Source: an uncultured Methanomicrobiales archaeon
GTDB lineage: Archaea; Halobacteriota; Methanomicrobia; Methanomicrobiales; Methanospirillaceae
NCBI GenBank assembly: GCA_963758915.1
Contig: CAVWXH010000005.1
Location: 1 to 64,000 of the forward strand
Direction: 5' to 3'
Length of the DNA: 64,000 nt
Part shown: one piece after another, positions 11,500-21,306 of the stretch
Layout: every line of letters begins with the position of its first letter
Numbering within the stretch: the first letter of the stretch is position 1
Translations under genes and position numbers: made by a program
Notes under the pieces: generated by a model
What the model was told of the DNA's origin: nothing
The model's input: the letters and a program-made list of their open reading frames with translations, nothing else
Database searches by the model: none

Positions 11500-12531
11500 C
11501 TACCCGTGGAACTTCTTCAGCGGTTCGCGTACCGGCCAGCGACTCGGGAGCAGCTTGCCCGTCGGTTCGGCGAAACGACAGTGGATCGTCCCGAGCCGCT
11601 CGAACGTGATCTGAATCCCGGAACCCGGGTTGATGAAATTGTCGTGGTCAAGTCCGGTACAGTCGGGGATGGTGCCAAAGCCCATCACAGAGCCAGGCTT
11701 GAGGGGAGCCATGAACTCTAACCAGGCGAAGATGGCCCCGGCCTTGTGGGCGATATCAGATGTTGATCCCTGGTACCTGACCTGCCCATTCACCACAACC
11801 GTAACCTTGAGGTTGTATGGATCGCCGACCTCATCAGGTGTGACCAGGTAGGGCCCGAGTTGGTTGCCCTTTGCCATATCCTTCGTCAGGCAGAACCCGC
11901 CGATAAATTCCGTGGCCTGGATGTCCCGGACGGAGACATCGTTGAAGATGCAGAAGCCCGCAACAGGTTGCTTATCGTTTCCATATACGACTGCAAGTTC
12001 AGGCTCGATGTCCAGGTACGACGTGTAAGCCGGCCAGGGGACGGTTTGCCCATCGCCGACGATGGAGTTCATGTTGCATTTATAATAGGAGAGCGGTTCG
12101 GGCTGACCGGCGGCGGGACTTGGTTTCGGGGCCATGATGGCTTTGGCGAACGCCTGCAACAGCGGTCCGGTCTGTGGGTTGTCCTTCTCATATTTCATCA
12201 GGGTTTCGAGAGAGTTCTTAAGATGCCGCGGCGTCAGGCCGAAGTCGAACAGGGCGGCAACCTCCACGGGTTCCAGCAGCTGGACGGCATTGAGAGAGAA
12301 GCGTTCGCCATCTCCGAGTTCGCTGATGTGTTGTTCGCCCCAGGTGTGCATCTCCTTTGCCGCGCTCTCGCTCCCGGGAAGATTGGCAAGGTAGGATCGG
12401 CTGTCGTCCAGGTGGGGTGAGGACGTGCCCGACTTTCTTTGCAGTACGGTGAACGGGACCGCCAGGTCCCGGATGACGACGCCAAAATAAGGATTCGGCG
12501 AATCGGCTGTGGTGAACCGGATCAGTTTCAT
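11500..12531 (-). CDS. Fumarylacetoacetate (FAA) hydrolase family protein
   Basis: LDIEPELAVV, FNDVSVRD, LGPYLVTPDEV, LKPGSVMGFGT, ERLG. Confidence 0.85.
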   Translation of the reverse strand: MKLIRFTTADSPNPYFGVVIRDLAVPFTVLQRKSGTSSPHLDDSRSYLANLPGSESAAKEMHTWGEQHISELGDGERFSLNAVQLLEPVEVAALFDFGLTPRHLKNSLETLMKYEKDNPQTGPLLQAFAKAIMAPKPSPAAGQPEPLSYYKCNMNSIVGDGQTVPWPAYTSYLDIEPELAVVYGNDKQPVAGFCIFNDVSVRDIQATEFIGGFCLTKDMAKGNQLGPYLVTPDEVGDPYNLKVTVVVNGQVRYQGSTSDIAHKAGAIFAWLEFMAPLKPGSVMGFGTIPDCTGLDHDNFINPGSGIQITFERLGTIHCRFAEPTGKLLPSRWPVREPLKKFHG

Positions 12532-12606
12532 AACAAAAGATTAGGATGATACTATAAATCCTTATTTTTTTAAAAAAATAAGATTAACGTAACAGAACAA
12601 CCGGTC

Positions 12607-13173
12607 TTAATCCGCCTGATTTATCACCACGTTCACCCGGGTCAGCATATCGTATACCCGGCATTTTCTCCACAGTTTCCGGTGTTCATACACAAAATAC
12701 TCGTAGGTATGCCAGACGGTCACCCAGTTGATAATAATGAAGAAGCCTATGAGAACCTGGAAGAGAAAAGGAGCCTCGGGGGTAAGATAATAGGAATATA
12801 TTACACCAATACTGACAGCCAGGGTTATTATGACGTTCTGGATACTAATCTGACCCTCGCGCCATGAGGATTTTTTTTCCCGGGCAAGGTCATCCAGGCG
12901 GAATGAGAAATGGCGCCTCACGGCATTCGCCACCTCGTCTTCGCTTCCAGGAGGAACACTCCCTTCCGGTATATGCAATATTAAATCAACATCATTACGG
13001 AGGTTTAAATCGACCACCTGGTCAAATATTGTATCCTCTGCCATATCCGTCAATTCCTTTTTGGGAAACGGAAACGGATCGGATGCATCGAACAACTGGT
13101 CCAGCATTTTAAACCACATATCAATGGCTACCTTTCCAGCACTCCTGGTCGTGGTAATTCGTATCTCTTTCAT
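12607..13173 (-). CDS. Conserved hypothetical 2-TM protein (paralog of 57035 and 59530)
   Basis: LDQLFDASDPFPFP...ANAVRRHFSFRLDDLAREKKSSWREG...two TMs...YEYFVY...RKLW. Confidence 0.85.
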   Translation of the reverse strand: MKEIRITTTRSAGKVAIDMWFKMLDQLFDASDPFPFPKKELTDMAEDTIFDQVVDLNLRNDVDLILHIPEGSVPPGSEDEVANAVRRHFSFRLDDLAREKKSSWREGQISIQNVIITLAVSIGVIYSYYLTPEAPFLFQVLIGFFIIINWVTVWHTYEYFVYEHRKLWRKCRVYDMLTRVNVVINQAD

Positions 13174-13243
13174 ACATGACTCCTGTTAACAACGATGTTA
13201 CGATTAATGCCATCGCGTACAATAAGATAATTCACTGATCTAA

Positions 13244-13426
13244 TCAATTAAAGCACAGCACCTTTGCATCCATCGGATCATACTTGGCCGGTGGACAGTC
13301 GTTTAACCCCGTGGTGTTATAGACCAGGGCTTCCAGTTTCCCGGCCTCGTTTTTCATCAGGAATATCTCGCACTGGGCATAGCCACGGGCCTTTTCAACG
13401 TAAACGGAGTTTTGTGTGTTGCTCAT
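13244..13426 (-). pseudogene. Truncated copy of hypothetical protein 51163-51837
   Basis: MSNTQNSVYVEKARGYAQCEIF...DAKVL then an abrupt end. About 144 bp with 3 mismatches to 51196-51339. Confidence 0.85.
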
Positions 13427-13435
13427 TTGCCTTCC

Positions 13436-13602
13436 TTCTTTCTGCTTTGACAATTTGTTGTTATTTCAAAAATATTCTCACCGCCCCTTTCCTGTTCCTG
13501 CCGTCCAGCACCGCCAACACCGATCGCAATGGAACCGTGTAATAATATGGCGAAATTGAAATATTCAACGCCCGGCCCGATGCAGATAACCGGGCGGACC
13601 CG
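13436..13602. repeat. Direct repeat copy 2
   Basis: Homologous to 6819-7004 but lacks the 19-bp CCATTATTTCCCAACAAAC that contains the native stop codon. Confidence 0.9.
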
Positions 13603-13769
13603 GCCAGGTCCCGGGCATCGAGCAGCCGGATATCCCGTTTATCCCCGTCGAGTACCGCGTCAATATCCTCATTGAGCAGAATAAATGCCCGGCTGTCAAG
13701 GTCAGAATGGATCTCCAGCCCTTCACCACACATCGCAATCCGGCCCACTTTCGTCAAACGATTCGGCAT
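13461..13769 (-). CDS. Hypothetical element protein
   Basis: MPNRLTKVGRI...YYYTVPLRSVLAVLDG. Coding status is supported by mostly synonymous divergence from the copy at 6866-7004. Confidence 0.7.
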   Translation of the reverse strand: MPNRLTKVGRIAMCGEGLEIHSDLDSRAFILLNEDIDAVLDGDKRDIRLLDARDLAGSARLSASGRALNISISPYYYTVPLRSVLAVLDGRNRKGAVRIFLK

Positions 13770-13899
13770 GCACCGTTTCAGTCTTCCAGTTTGGAAGTGC
13801 AGGTTCCTGGAGGACCTTGGCAACTTCACCAGGTGAATTGTCTGATAACCCGAAAAATGACCTGAAAACAGAAACTAACCGCGAAAACAAAGGATACAT
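13723..13899 (-). CDS. Small hypothetical protein (58 aa)
   Basis: MYPLFSRLVSVFRSFFGLSD...DCDVW*. Start overlaps the upstream stop (TGATG at 13897-13901). Confidence 0.4.
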   Translation of the reverse strand: MYPLFSRLVSVFRSFFGLSDNSPGEVAKVLQEPALPNWKTETVHAESFDESGPDCDVW

Positions 13900-14147
13900 C
13901 AAGCGACCCCCATTGACATCGTCCGTCTCTGTGCGTTTATTGAGCCCGATTTAGCCTTCTTTTGCTGCCGCTTCCTTTCCCGGTCTTTTTGAAGGATAAT
14001 TTCACGATTCCGGGCTCTATAGGCCTTTTTTCGGAGCAGATATGCTGCATGGTTACGCTCCCTCCATGCTTTCCACCTCGGAATACCGGCTTTTCGGGCT
14101 TTTACGATCTGAATCGCAGTCCTGATAGTAACCGTCACCGTGGTCAT
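13899..14147 (-). CDS. Small, very basic helical protein (possible nucleic-acid binder)
   Basis: MTTVTVT...WRERNHAAYLLRKKAYRARNREIILQKDRERKRQQKK. ATGA overlap at 14144-14147. Confidence 0.55.
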   Translation of the reverse strand: MTTVTVTIRTAIQIVKARKAGIPRWKAWRERNHAAYLLRKKAYRARNREIILQKDRERKRQQKKAKSGSINAQRRTMSMGVA

Positions 14148-14379
14148 TTCCGCTTCCACCTCGGGCACGACTCAGACCCGTATTTTCCCATAACTCATCG
14201 CGGTTCATGAGCCGGGTAATCCAGAATTTTTCTTTGCTATACACCCTGCCGTTCACTTGACGGGCCGTGATCTGCACACCCGCAAGGGCCATAATTCCCC
14301 ACAAAATATCATCGCGGGCTGCGAATGTTTTGCCAGCAAGAAACACCGGAAGGTGTTGTTTGATATCTTCCGGTATCAT
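14144..14379 (-). CDS. Small hypothetical protein (probable frameshift near 14180)
   Basis: MIPEDIKQHLPVFLAGK...RLMNRDELWE. ATGA overlaps at both ends. Confidence 0.45.
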
Positions 14380-14508
14380 GGGACTGCACCTTTTCTGCCG
14401 GTCCCGTTGCATACCTGGCATGGTTCGGAAAGCCGGCGTTTCCGGATGAAACCGCCCGGTCCCGCGACAGGCAACGCAGTCAATCTCCCGGTGGTACCGG
14501 TCGGTCAT
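14376..14508 (-). CDS. Small DnaJ-type zinc-finger protein (2x CxxCxGxG), one frameshift
   Basis: CVACRGTG in one frame and CQVCNGTG in the adjacent frame. ATGA overlaps at both ends. Confidence 0.55.
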
Positions 14509-17500
14509 TGACCCGCACCTCCTTCAGCTGAGCCGGAAGTCCTGGCTTCCCGGTCGTAACATTGCTGGCAAAGATGTGTCTGTGCTTCCTTGTCGGTGAA
14601 TACCGCTTTTCCGAGATTGCATACCGAGCAGCGGCCGATGTCTTTCGTGGTCCTCACCATCCGGGCCAAGGACAATAGTCCCGGGCAGGGGTGGGGCCTC
14701 GGTCTGCTCCCTTCTCTTCGATGCCAGGTAACATTTTTTGCAGATCCGCAGAGCCATCTTGTCCTTCCGTGCCTTCCGCTCCGGGGTAAGCTTCTCAATA
14801 TAGTCCACACCCTTCCGGCCACAGGCCGCACAATGGGCCCGGTGTTCTGCATAGTCGAGCGGTTTGTAATCCCGGGACGATACCTCCAGCGGGCTACCCA
14901 ATTTTTCAGCACATTCAGCAGGTTCCGATTTGCTGCTGTCAGTGTTACCGGCACTTTTCACCGGTGGTTTCAAAATCGGAGGGCTAACGGTCTGGTTGTC
15001 CACAACACTTTCAGCATTTTCCATTTCACACATGCGATCTGAGCTTGAATCCTGGGCCGGTACCGGGTGCTGTGCGTTTTCCGGTTTGCTGAAAGTAATA
15101 GCTTTACTAAATTTTTTATTTATTATACAAGGAGTATTTTGATTTTCATCACCAGTATCCTCATTTGTTTCAGTATCAGCACCTGCTGAAACCGTGCTGA
15201 AAGTTGCTGAAATGTTGTCAGTGTCGTGACTGTCCTGGTCATCGTCCGGCCTCAGCCATACGGCCCCGCCTGCCGCCCAGAGGCGATATACATCGAAATT
15301 GAACTGGTACGCATGGGACCTCCGCCGCACACTCCGGCCGGTGTCGTCTTCGCTCACCACGGTCCGGTCGGTGAAGCTGATCGCCGGACACTTGTCGAGG
15401 AGTCCTGAGTACGTCTGGCCCCTGCAGTTGTAGCCCTGGAGGGCCCGGTGGATTGCCTGGTAGGAAAGGTTCGTTTCTGCCTGGAGCTGCTGGATGGTAA
15501 ACTCCACATCACCCCGCTTCGAGATGACAAGGAGCATCTCTGCCTCCCGCCGGGTCAGCTTGGACTCCTGCCCGCCAACGGTCCCGTTCAGTTGCCCGAA
15601 AAGGATTGCAGCCGCGTAGAAATCCTCGAGTGTGGCGACAATATACGACCCGCCTGTTTCGAGCGTTCGCCGTTCCCGCTGCATGAAGAAGAGGAGGGCA
15701 TGGGCCTTGATGAGCGAGTAGAACATCTCCGGGTTCCTGCGGTTTCTCTTTGACTGGAACTCAACCCGGGTCGAATACGGGATCACCACATGCAACCGTT
15801 CCCGCCCGATAATCTCCCACATCGCCCGGCAGGTGAGGACCTCGGGCCGGGTGACGTTGAGGGTCTCCGGGACTTCCCCTTCCCGCTTTGCCATCTCCAC
15901 AAGGACCGCTGCGTCCTGCTCGGGACTGTCGTCGATCCAGCAGGTGAGCATCCGGTTGAACACCTGGTCATCACCGGACCCTTCGACTTTCGCAATCCAC
16001 CAGATACAACGCTCGGGAATACTGCACACCATCGACTTCCGTTCCGGGCTGACCGTCCGGTAGTTGATCGGCTTTTTGAACGACGAAATGGCCCCCTTCA
16101 GGATCTCCTGCATGTCCTCGGACAGGCATCTTGTCATCGAATACAATCGCGGTCCCGGGTTTCAGGTCGGGAATGTAAAACAGGGCCTTGTTCGACATAC
16201 TCCCTTCCAGCCGGTACCGTTCCGGGACCTGCAGGAGGATCTTGTTGAACGTGTCGCTCTTGCCCTTCCCGCTCTCCCCGCTGACCGAGACGTGGAGGCC
16301 GTTGGTGTTGTCCACGTACCGGGACGCAAGGCTGACAATCAGGCATTCGGCAGGAACTGCATCGCCCACATGGTCAAGGGCGAAGGTGGAAAGCATGGCT
16401 TTCAGCGGGTCCCCGTATTGCAGCACGGCCATTGCTTCATCGTAATTCGGAATGTCATTTGATGTTGGTGCGGGTGGTGGGGACCCCGGCCCACCCGGAG
16501 GAGGAGGGCGGTTGGCCACCCCCTTCTTCCGCTTCGTCTTCGGGTCAAACTTCTCCCGCAATTCCTGCCAGCGTTGGTCGCCACCTCCGCAGGAACTGTG
16601 ATGACAGCCTGCGTAAATTGCCCCGCTCGGGAACTGGATGGCGAACGCACCATCTTTATGAGAACCCGAGAACGGGACATTCGCCCAGGGTGAACAACAC
16701 GCCGCCCTGGTATGGTTTCTCATCGGCAATGTCAACCGAATGGTCCCGGAGCCACCGGCCGAGGTCAATGGCCTGCCCCGCTGGAGCCGGCTTTTTCTCT
16801 GCTTTTTCGGTAATCGGTTTCGCAGTTGCGGCAAGTTGAATGAGTTGTTCCTTCGAAACCGGGACAACCTTCTCCGGCGCTGATACCAGCATTGAACGGC
16901 GATGTGGCCGGGTCTTGGTGCTGTCGCCCTTCCTGCTCACCGTCCCGTAGAGTTTCCAGATCCGGGAAGCGTTGTGGTTTGCCGTGTCCACTTCGCTCTT
17001 TTTGTCATCGAACAACAGGGCGAGGGATTCAAGCCCCCGCTTTACAAGGTCCGTGCTCTCGGCGTCATTCGGCAGGTCGATGGCATACAGGAGGTGTGCA
17101 CCATTCCCGCTATCGCCAACAACCGGCTCGGGCCACCCTTCATCTTTGAGATACTGGGCGATCCGTGCGGCCTTGTCAAGAGCTGCCGTATGTTCCGCGT
17201 CACTCGATGAAACCCCGGACGGCCGGACCGCATCAATATCGACCGGGAACCATCGCCGTCTGGTAACATTCTCATCCCCGGTTGTCGGGTCCTTCTTCCC
17301 GAGCTTCATCTTGATCCGGTTCGATGACCGGGCAAGCAGGGCCGGGTCGAGTTCGTTCAGGGTTACATAAATGCCCTGTGCATTGGCCCCTTCGACTTTC
17401 TCCGCGTCTGCTGCGAGTTGGGCCATGTCGTCGTAATATCCCGATGCCATATTCCCGTTGTCGAGAATGGCCCGGAGTTCAACAACATTACCAGGTGAAA

Positions 17501-17537
17501 AGAGCAGGGCAAGGGCCCGCTCGGTATCTTGCTGCAT
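14505..17537 (-). CDS. AEP primase/polymerase fused to a Zn finger, P-loop helicase, wHTH and C-terminal Zn fingers (~1,010 aa, ~3 frameshifts)
   Basis: AEP motifs VDIDA, DSGNGAH and DTANHNASRIWKLYGT. Zn motif CP...H...CHHSSC. Walker A GESGKGKS, Walker B IVFDD, RNRRN. C-terminal CAAC/CKKC/CSVC/CQQC. Joins ORFs 16656-17537, 15971-16867, 14524-16146 and 14505-14954. Confidence 0.8.
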
Positions 17538-17540
17538 CGT

Positions 17541-17738
17541 TCAGGACTCCTCGCAGGGAAAGACGATAAGGCCCGTAATCTCGGCCCGGGCAACTTTTTC
17601 AAACCGGTCCCGTGGGACCAGGTAGGTATCTCCTGGTAACGTGATCACCACACCCCGACCGGCCGGATGAATGGCACAATGGGTATCTGGGGTAATACCA
17701 TGTTGTGAAAAATTTACTGTGTTACCAAAACACAGCAA
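17541..17738 (-). CDS. Hypothetical element protein (start uncertain)
   Basis: 65-aa ORF ending 3 bp before the primase start, which is preceded by GAGGAG. Confidence 0.5.
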   Translation of the reverse strand: MLCFGNTVNFSQHGITPDTHCAIHPAGRGVVITLPGDTYLVPRDRFEKVARAEITGLIVFPCEES

Positions 17739-17940
17739 ATCCCTTAATGCTTCGCGATTGAGGGAATAGACAACAGAATTCTACCTTAATGTTGAGGTGG
17801 CCTTCTTTCGTCGGCGATAGTAATGCGTATCGTCCTGATGCATACTTATTTTGCCTTAGATTGTATAGCTCGATGTATTGCTCCCTCTTCATCATTCCGT
17901 GGAAAGTCTTGATTGTTGGGGGGGCAACCTGTTTCTTTTT

Positions 17941-18069
17941 CTAGCATTCTGACTCCTCGCGGATCATGATCAGTCCCCGCTCCTGGTAGAAGTCCCCGAT
18001 ACCGTTAAAACCGGTCGCTTTCTCGTACGCGGCCACGGTATCACGTGAATAGCAGTTTATTTTCTCCAT
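17941..18069 (-). CDS. Small hypothetical protein (42 aa)
   Basis: MEKINCYSRDTVAAYEKATGFNGIGDFYQERGLIMIREESEC*. Purine-rich upstream sequence, co-oriented with the element. Confidence 0.45.
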   Translation of the reverse strand: MEKINCYSRDTVAAYEKATGFNGIGDFYQERGLIMIREESEC

Positions 18070-18214
18070 AGTCTTTCGTTCCTTTTTGCTCCGGTTCGTG
18101 CCGGAGACGTAACTCTAAGCGACACGATAAATAAAAGAGATGGGTAGCCCGTTTGGAAAAAGAACGCAAAAGCACGCGGGGTGAAAGTGAATGAACGATC
18201 TAAAACCGGCAGGT

Positions 18215-19513
18215 TTATGGTAGTGGGGTGGCTTTCTTCCACTCCGCTTCCATCGTCATTGCTACCTGTTTGGCTGCGATTTGTTGAACAAAGGCTGCCA
18301 GTGCCTTCGGGTTGCTGATCACATCGTCTTTCAGCATGTCCATTGACATCACCGCGTCTTCACTCAGGGGAGTCAAACAGGCTGCGCAGAACTCGTTTGT
18401 GTGAATGTTGAACGTAGCACACGCCGGGCACTGTTTGGGGGCCATACTCTTCATCTTCTTGACTTCCGTTTCGTCGGTCAGATTGTAGAGTTTCATGATG
18501 GCCTTGTCAAGGTCCTCCCCAGTCAGGTGGGCATAGGTCGCGAACATATTTGTCGTGATGTTGCCCCAGATCATTTTCTTGATCATGCTCTCGGGCAGGC
18601 CGGCGATGATCAGGTGGGTGATCCGGGAGTGACGGAAGATATGGGCATGGACCCTCTTTTCTATCCCTGCACGTTTCGCAATCGTTTTGATGAGTTTCGA
18701 TACTCCTCGGTGCTTCAGGGATTGGTCCGTGCAGGTTCAGGAAAACCGGGTAATGGGGTTTGACCGGGATCGGGTAATCGGTGAACCATTGGGCCAGGAG
18801 CGATTTTGAATCGATGAGCCGGATCCGCCTGGGCCTGCCGGTCTTGTGGTCCGTATTCACAATGACTCCCTTCGGGTCGAATACGAGATCGCCCCAGGTG
18901 ACCAGGCCGATCTCACCGATGCGAAATCCCCCTTCGTACATCATCGAAATCATTGCCCTGTCCCGGGACCGTTTGCAGGCAGCAATGATACTGTCAACTT
19001 CTTCAATGCTGAAGAAATCCCCGGCAACCTTGGTCATCATGTCTTTTGATGGTGGCCGGATCGCCCGGATCTTCAGCTTCTGCCTTCCGTTCGAGAAGTT
19101 TCGGGGCCACTTCGTTGTCGATCATCCAGATGAGGAAAGTTTTGAGAATCCGGACATGATCATAGAGGGTGTTTTTCGCGAACGGTGTCCCGATGTAACT
19201 GTTGCCTTCTTTCAGGTTGCTGATACCTTCGAACACTCCGACAGGATCAAGCGAGTCGAATGGACCGATGAACCTACGCCATCCGGTCAGGGTCCGGGCA
19301 ATCTTTCAGGCTCCGGATGAGTCCGATGTTTGCGGAACTTTTTGACTCAAGTAAAAACGCCTTAATGAGGGACGCGTCCCTTTCGGTCAATAAATTCTTT
19401 GCTAATCCTTTTTCGATACAGACCCGGGCACGATCACTTTTTAATCCATAAAAGCTCTCTATAGTGTTTGCCTGGGTTCCGTGGAAAGTCTGGGAGCCAT
19501 AGAAGTCAGTCAA
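18215..19513 (-). CDS. Tyrosine recombinase/integrase with C-terminal Zn ribbon (SNJ2-like), ~3 frameshifts
   Basis: Catalytic R (EGGFRIGE), K (HKTG), HxxR (HIFRHSR), WG and Y (FATYAHL), followed by CPAC...CAAC. Joins ORFs 19274-19513, 19003-19236, 18507-19040 and 18215-18586. Confidence 0.85.
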
Positions 19514-19775
19514 TTCTTGGACTGATAAAGTAGCAGGATTGGGGATGTGGGGATTCCAACTTTGCGTTTATCTTCCCGTCCGCAGCATCTGAACCTTAGG
19601 TTTAGATCCCTTTTAAAAAAAATCTATTTTTTTGAACATTTTTTTTGACTTTTTATATTGATACCTAGGCTCTGACCTACCGTCGCCGTGTCGCGTGAGC
19701 CTTCATGGTGGGCCAACCTTTCGTTACCCGATTATAAGGTGTTTGATCAGAATAAAAGAATCTTATAAATTTCAG

Positions 19776-20402
19776 TTATCCTGCCTTGTGTGCGATCATC
19801 AAGAAAATGGGGAAATCTTTTACTTCTCCCGTTTTTGAACTCACTTTCGTAAGAGTTGAAACATTTTCGAACTCAATATTGGTGAATCCGGCTTTTTTGA
19901 ATATTTCTCTCATATTCTCCCGGACAAATCCATTCTGTACGGTCATCTCTGGACCATGGGACTCTCCATTATCAGGATCCAGATCAGCAACAGCGATGAT
20001 GCCACCGGGATTCATGAGTGAATAAAATACCTCTGCTGCCTGGGCAGTATCCACTACATGATGTAATGTCAGTGATACGATTATGATATCGAATCGGGGT
20101 AATTTTTGCAGATCGTTCCCAATGCTCCATTCAAGGGGTTCGATTGTGGTAATTGATTCAGCATTGAGCTTTTTTCGGAGGAATGCAAGTACATCCTTTG
20201 ACGAATCAACTGCAACAATTTTTTTGACGGAAGGGTAAAATTCCAGTGCGATAATTCCGGTCCCGGTGCCATAATCCAATAGTACTTCAGTTCCCTGAGG
20301 AGATGTCCGGTTCAGCATTGCCTGGGCAATTTTGTGTGTCATGCTGAGACGGCCCGGATCTTTATCCCATTGTATTAGAACTTTTTCGAAGTCTTCAGAC
20401 AT
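19776..20402 (-). CDS. Class I SAM-dependent methyltransferase
   Basis: LLDYGTGTG, AVDSS, FDII..SLTLHHV, PGGIIAVADLD. Confidence 0.9.
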   Translation of the reverse strand: MSEDFEKVLIQWDKDPGRLSMTHKIAQAMLNRTSPQGTEVLLDYGTGTGIIALEFYPSVKKIVAVDSSKDVLAFLRKKLNAESITTIEPLEWSIGNDLQKLPRFDIIIVSLTLHHVVDTAQAAEVFYSLMNPGGIIAVADLDPDNGESHGPEMTVQNGFVRENMREIFKKAGFTNIEFENVSTLTKVSSKTGEVKDFPIFLMIAHKAG

Positions 20403-20529
20403 TGGTATCCTCTATTATTTGAGGAATTCTTGAATATTTAAAAGAAGGGACTTTCAACTCTCAACAGAGAATCACGACTACGAAAAAATGTTTGTTGAAT
20501 CTTTGCGCCTCCGGAATTCACCCGGGGTG

Positions 20530-20928
20530 TTACAATATCTTCTTCCCTGCGTCGGGGCCAGCCTTGACTATAAAGGCCTCTGTGATCTTCATGACCACCG
20601 CGGACTTGGGAACAAGGTTGGGCCTGAGCTCTTTCATCCAAGCCACATCCTGTTTAAAGACCTCGTCATTGGTATGGAGAGTTATCGAACCCTTGATCTG
20701 GAAGCCGCCTTTCTCACCCCAGTAGGATATGGCAATTTTCGGGTTTTCTTTCAGGTTCTTCAGCGTCTTATTGAAAAACTGGTCCGAAATAAGAAGCGTT
20801 TCGTCATCCAGAAGCTTAAACGCCCCAATCGGGACAACGTTAGGGGTACCCTCTTTAGAAGCTGTTGCCAGGAATACGATCTTGGTCCCTGTCAGCGATT
20901 CCTTGATCTCATCAGTCAGTTTAACCAT
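20530..20928 (-). CDS. Pyridoxamine 5'-phosphate oxidase-like FMN-binding protein
   Basis: FLATASKEGTPNVVP, DQFFNKTLKNLKENP, GFQIKG. Confidence 0.9.
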   Translation of the reverse strand: MVKLTDEIKESLTGTKIVFLATASKEGTPNVVPIGAFKLLDDETLLISDQFFNKTLKNLKENPKIAISYWGEKGGFQIKGSITLHTNDEVFKQDVAWMKELRPNLVPKSAVVMKITEAFIVKAGPDAGKKIL

Positions 20929-21306
20929 GTACAGATTCTCCTCGTTAGATAACTACTTCAATCAAGGCTTTTAATGGTTTGCAGTTCTTCGTTCCCGGAA
21001 GGGACAGGGAACCATCTCATAGTTGCTCCTGTACGCCCAGGTCAATTCACTGGGGAAGACATATCCCAATCTGAAGGGTAAAGGGGCAGGAAGGGGTGAA
21101 AACCGCTCCCGTTTCCGTATTTTCTTTTTATGCGAAGGGTTTCCCATGAAAACGGACATGATGACGGAAGGCCACCAGCATACAGGATGAAAATTGAATA
21201 CCCCAGGGGTCATTTTCATATTAAATGCCTGAACTGACCCCAATATATGGATATTTTGAACTAGGCATTTTCAATTGTCCGGATGTGAACATCCCGTTCA
21301 TGGCTG

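Larger units (their letters stand above)
13436..19610 (-). mobile_element. Integrated archaeal mobile element (tyrosine integrase + primase-helicase + small ORFs); boundaries approximate
   Basis: Co-oriented integrase, AEP primase-helicase and a run of overlapping small ORFs. No matching attL/attR pair or tRNA found. Confidence 0.75.

Noticed and set aside
6819-19513. Archaeal integron with gene cassettes
   Set aside because: The integrase has a C-terminal Zn ribbon and no recognisable IntI insertion, the cargo genes are in mixed orientation, and no repeated attC-like sites were seen.
19514-19775. tRNA or tRNA-derived att site upstream of the integrase
   Set aside because: Only a weak GTTGGAATCCC resemblance on the minus strand. 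No cloverleaf and no matching copy at the other end.
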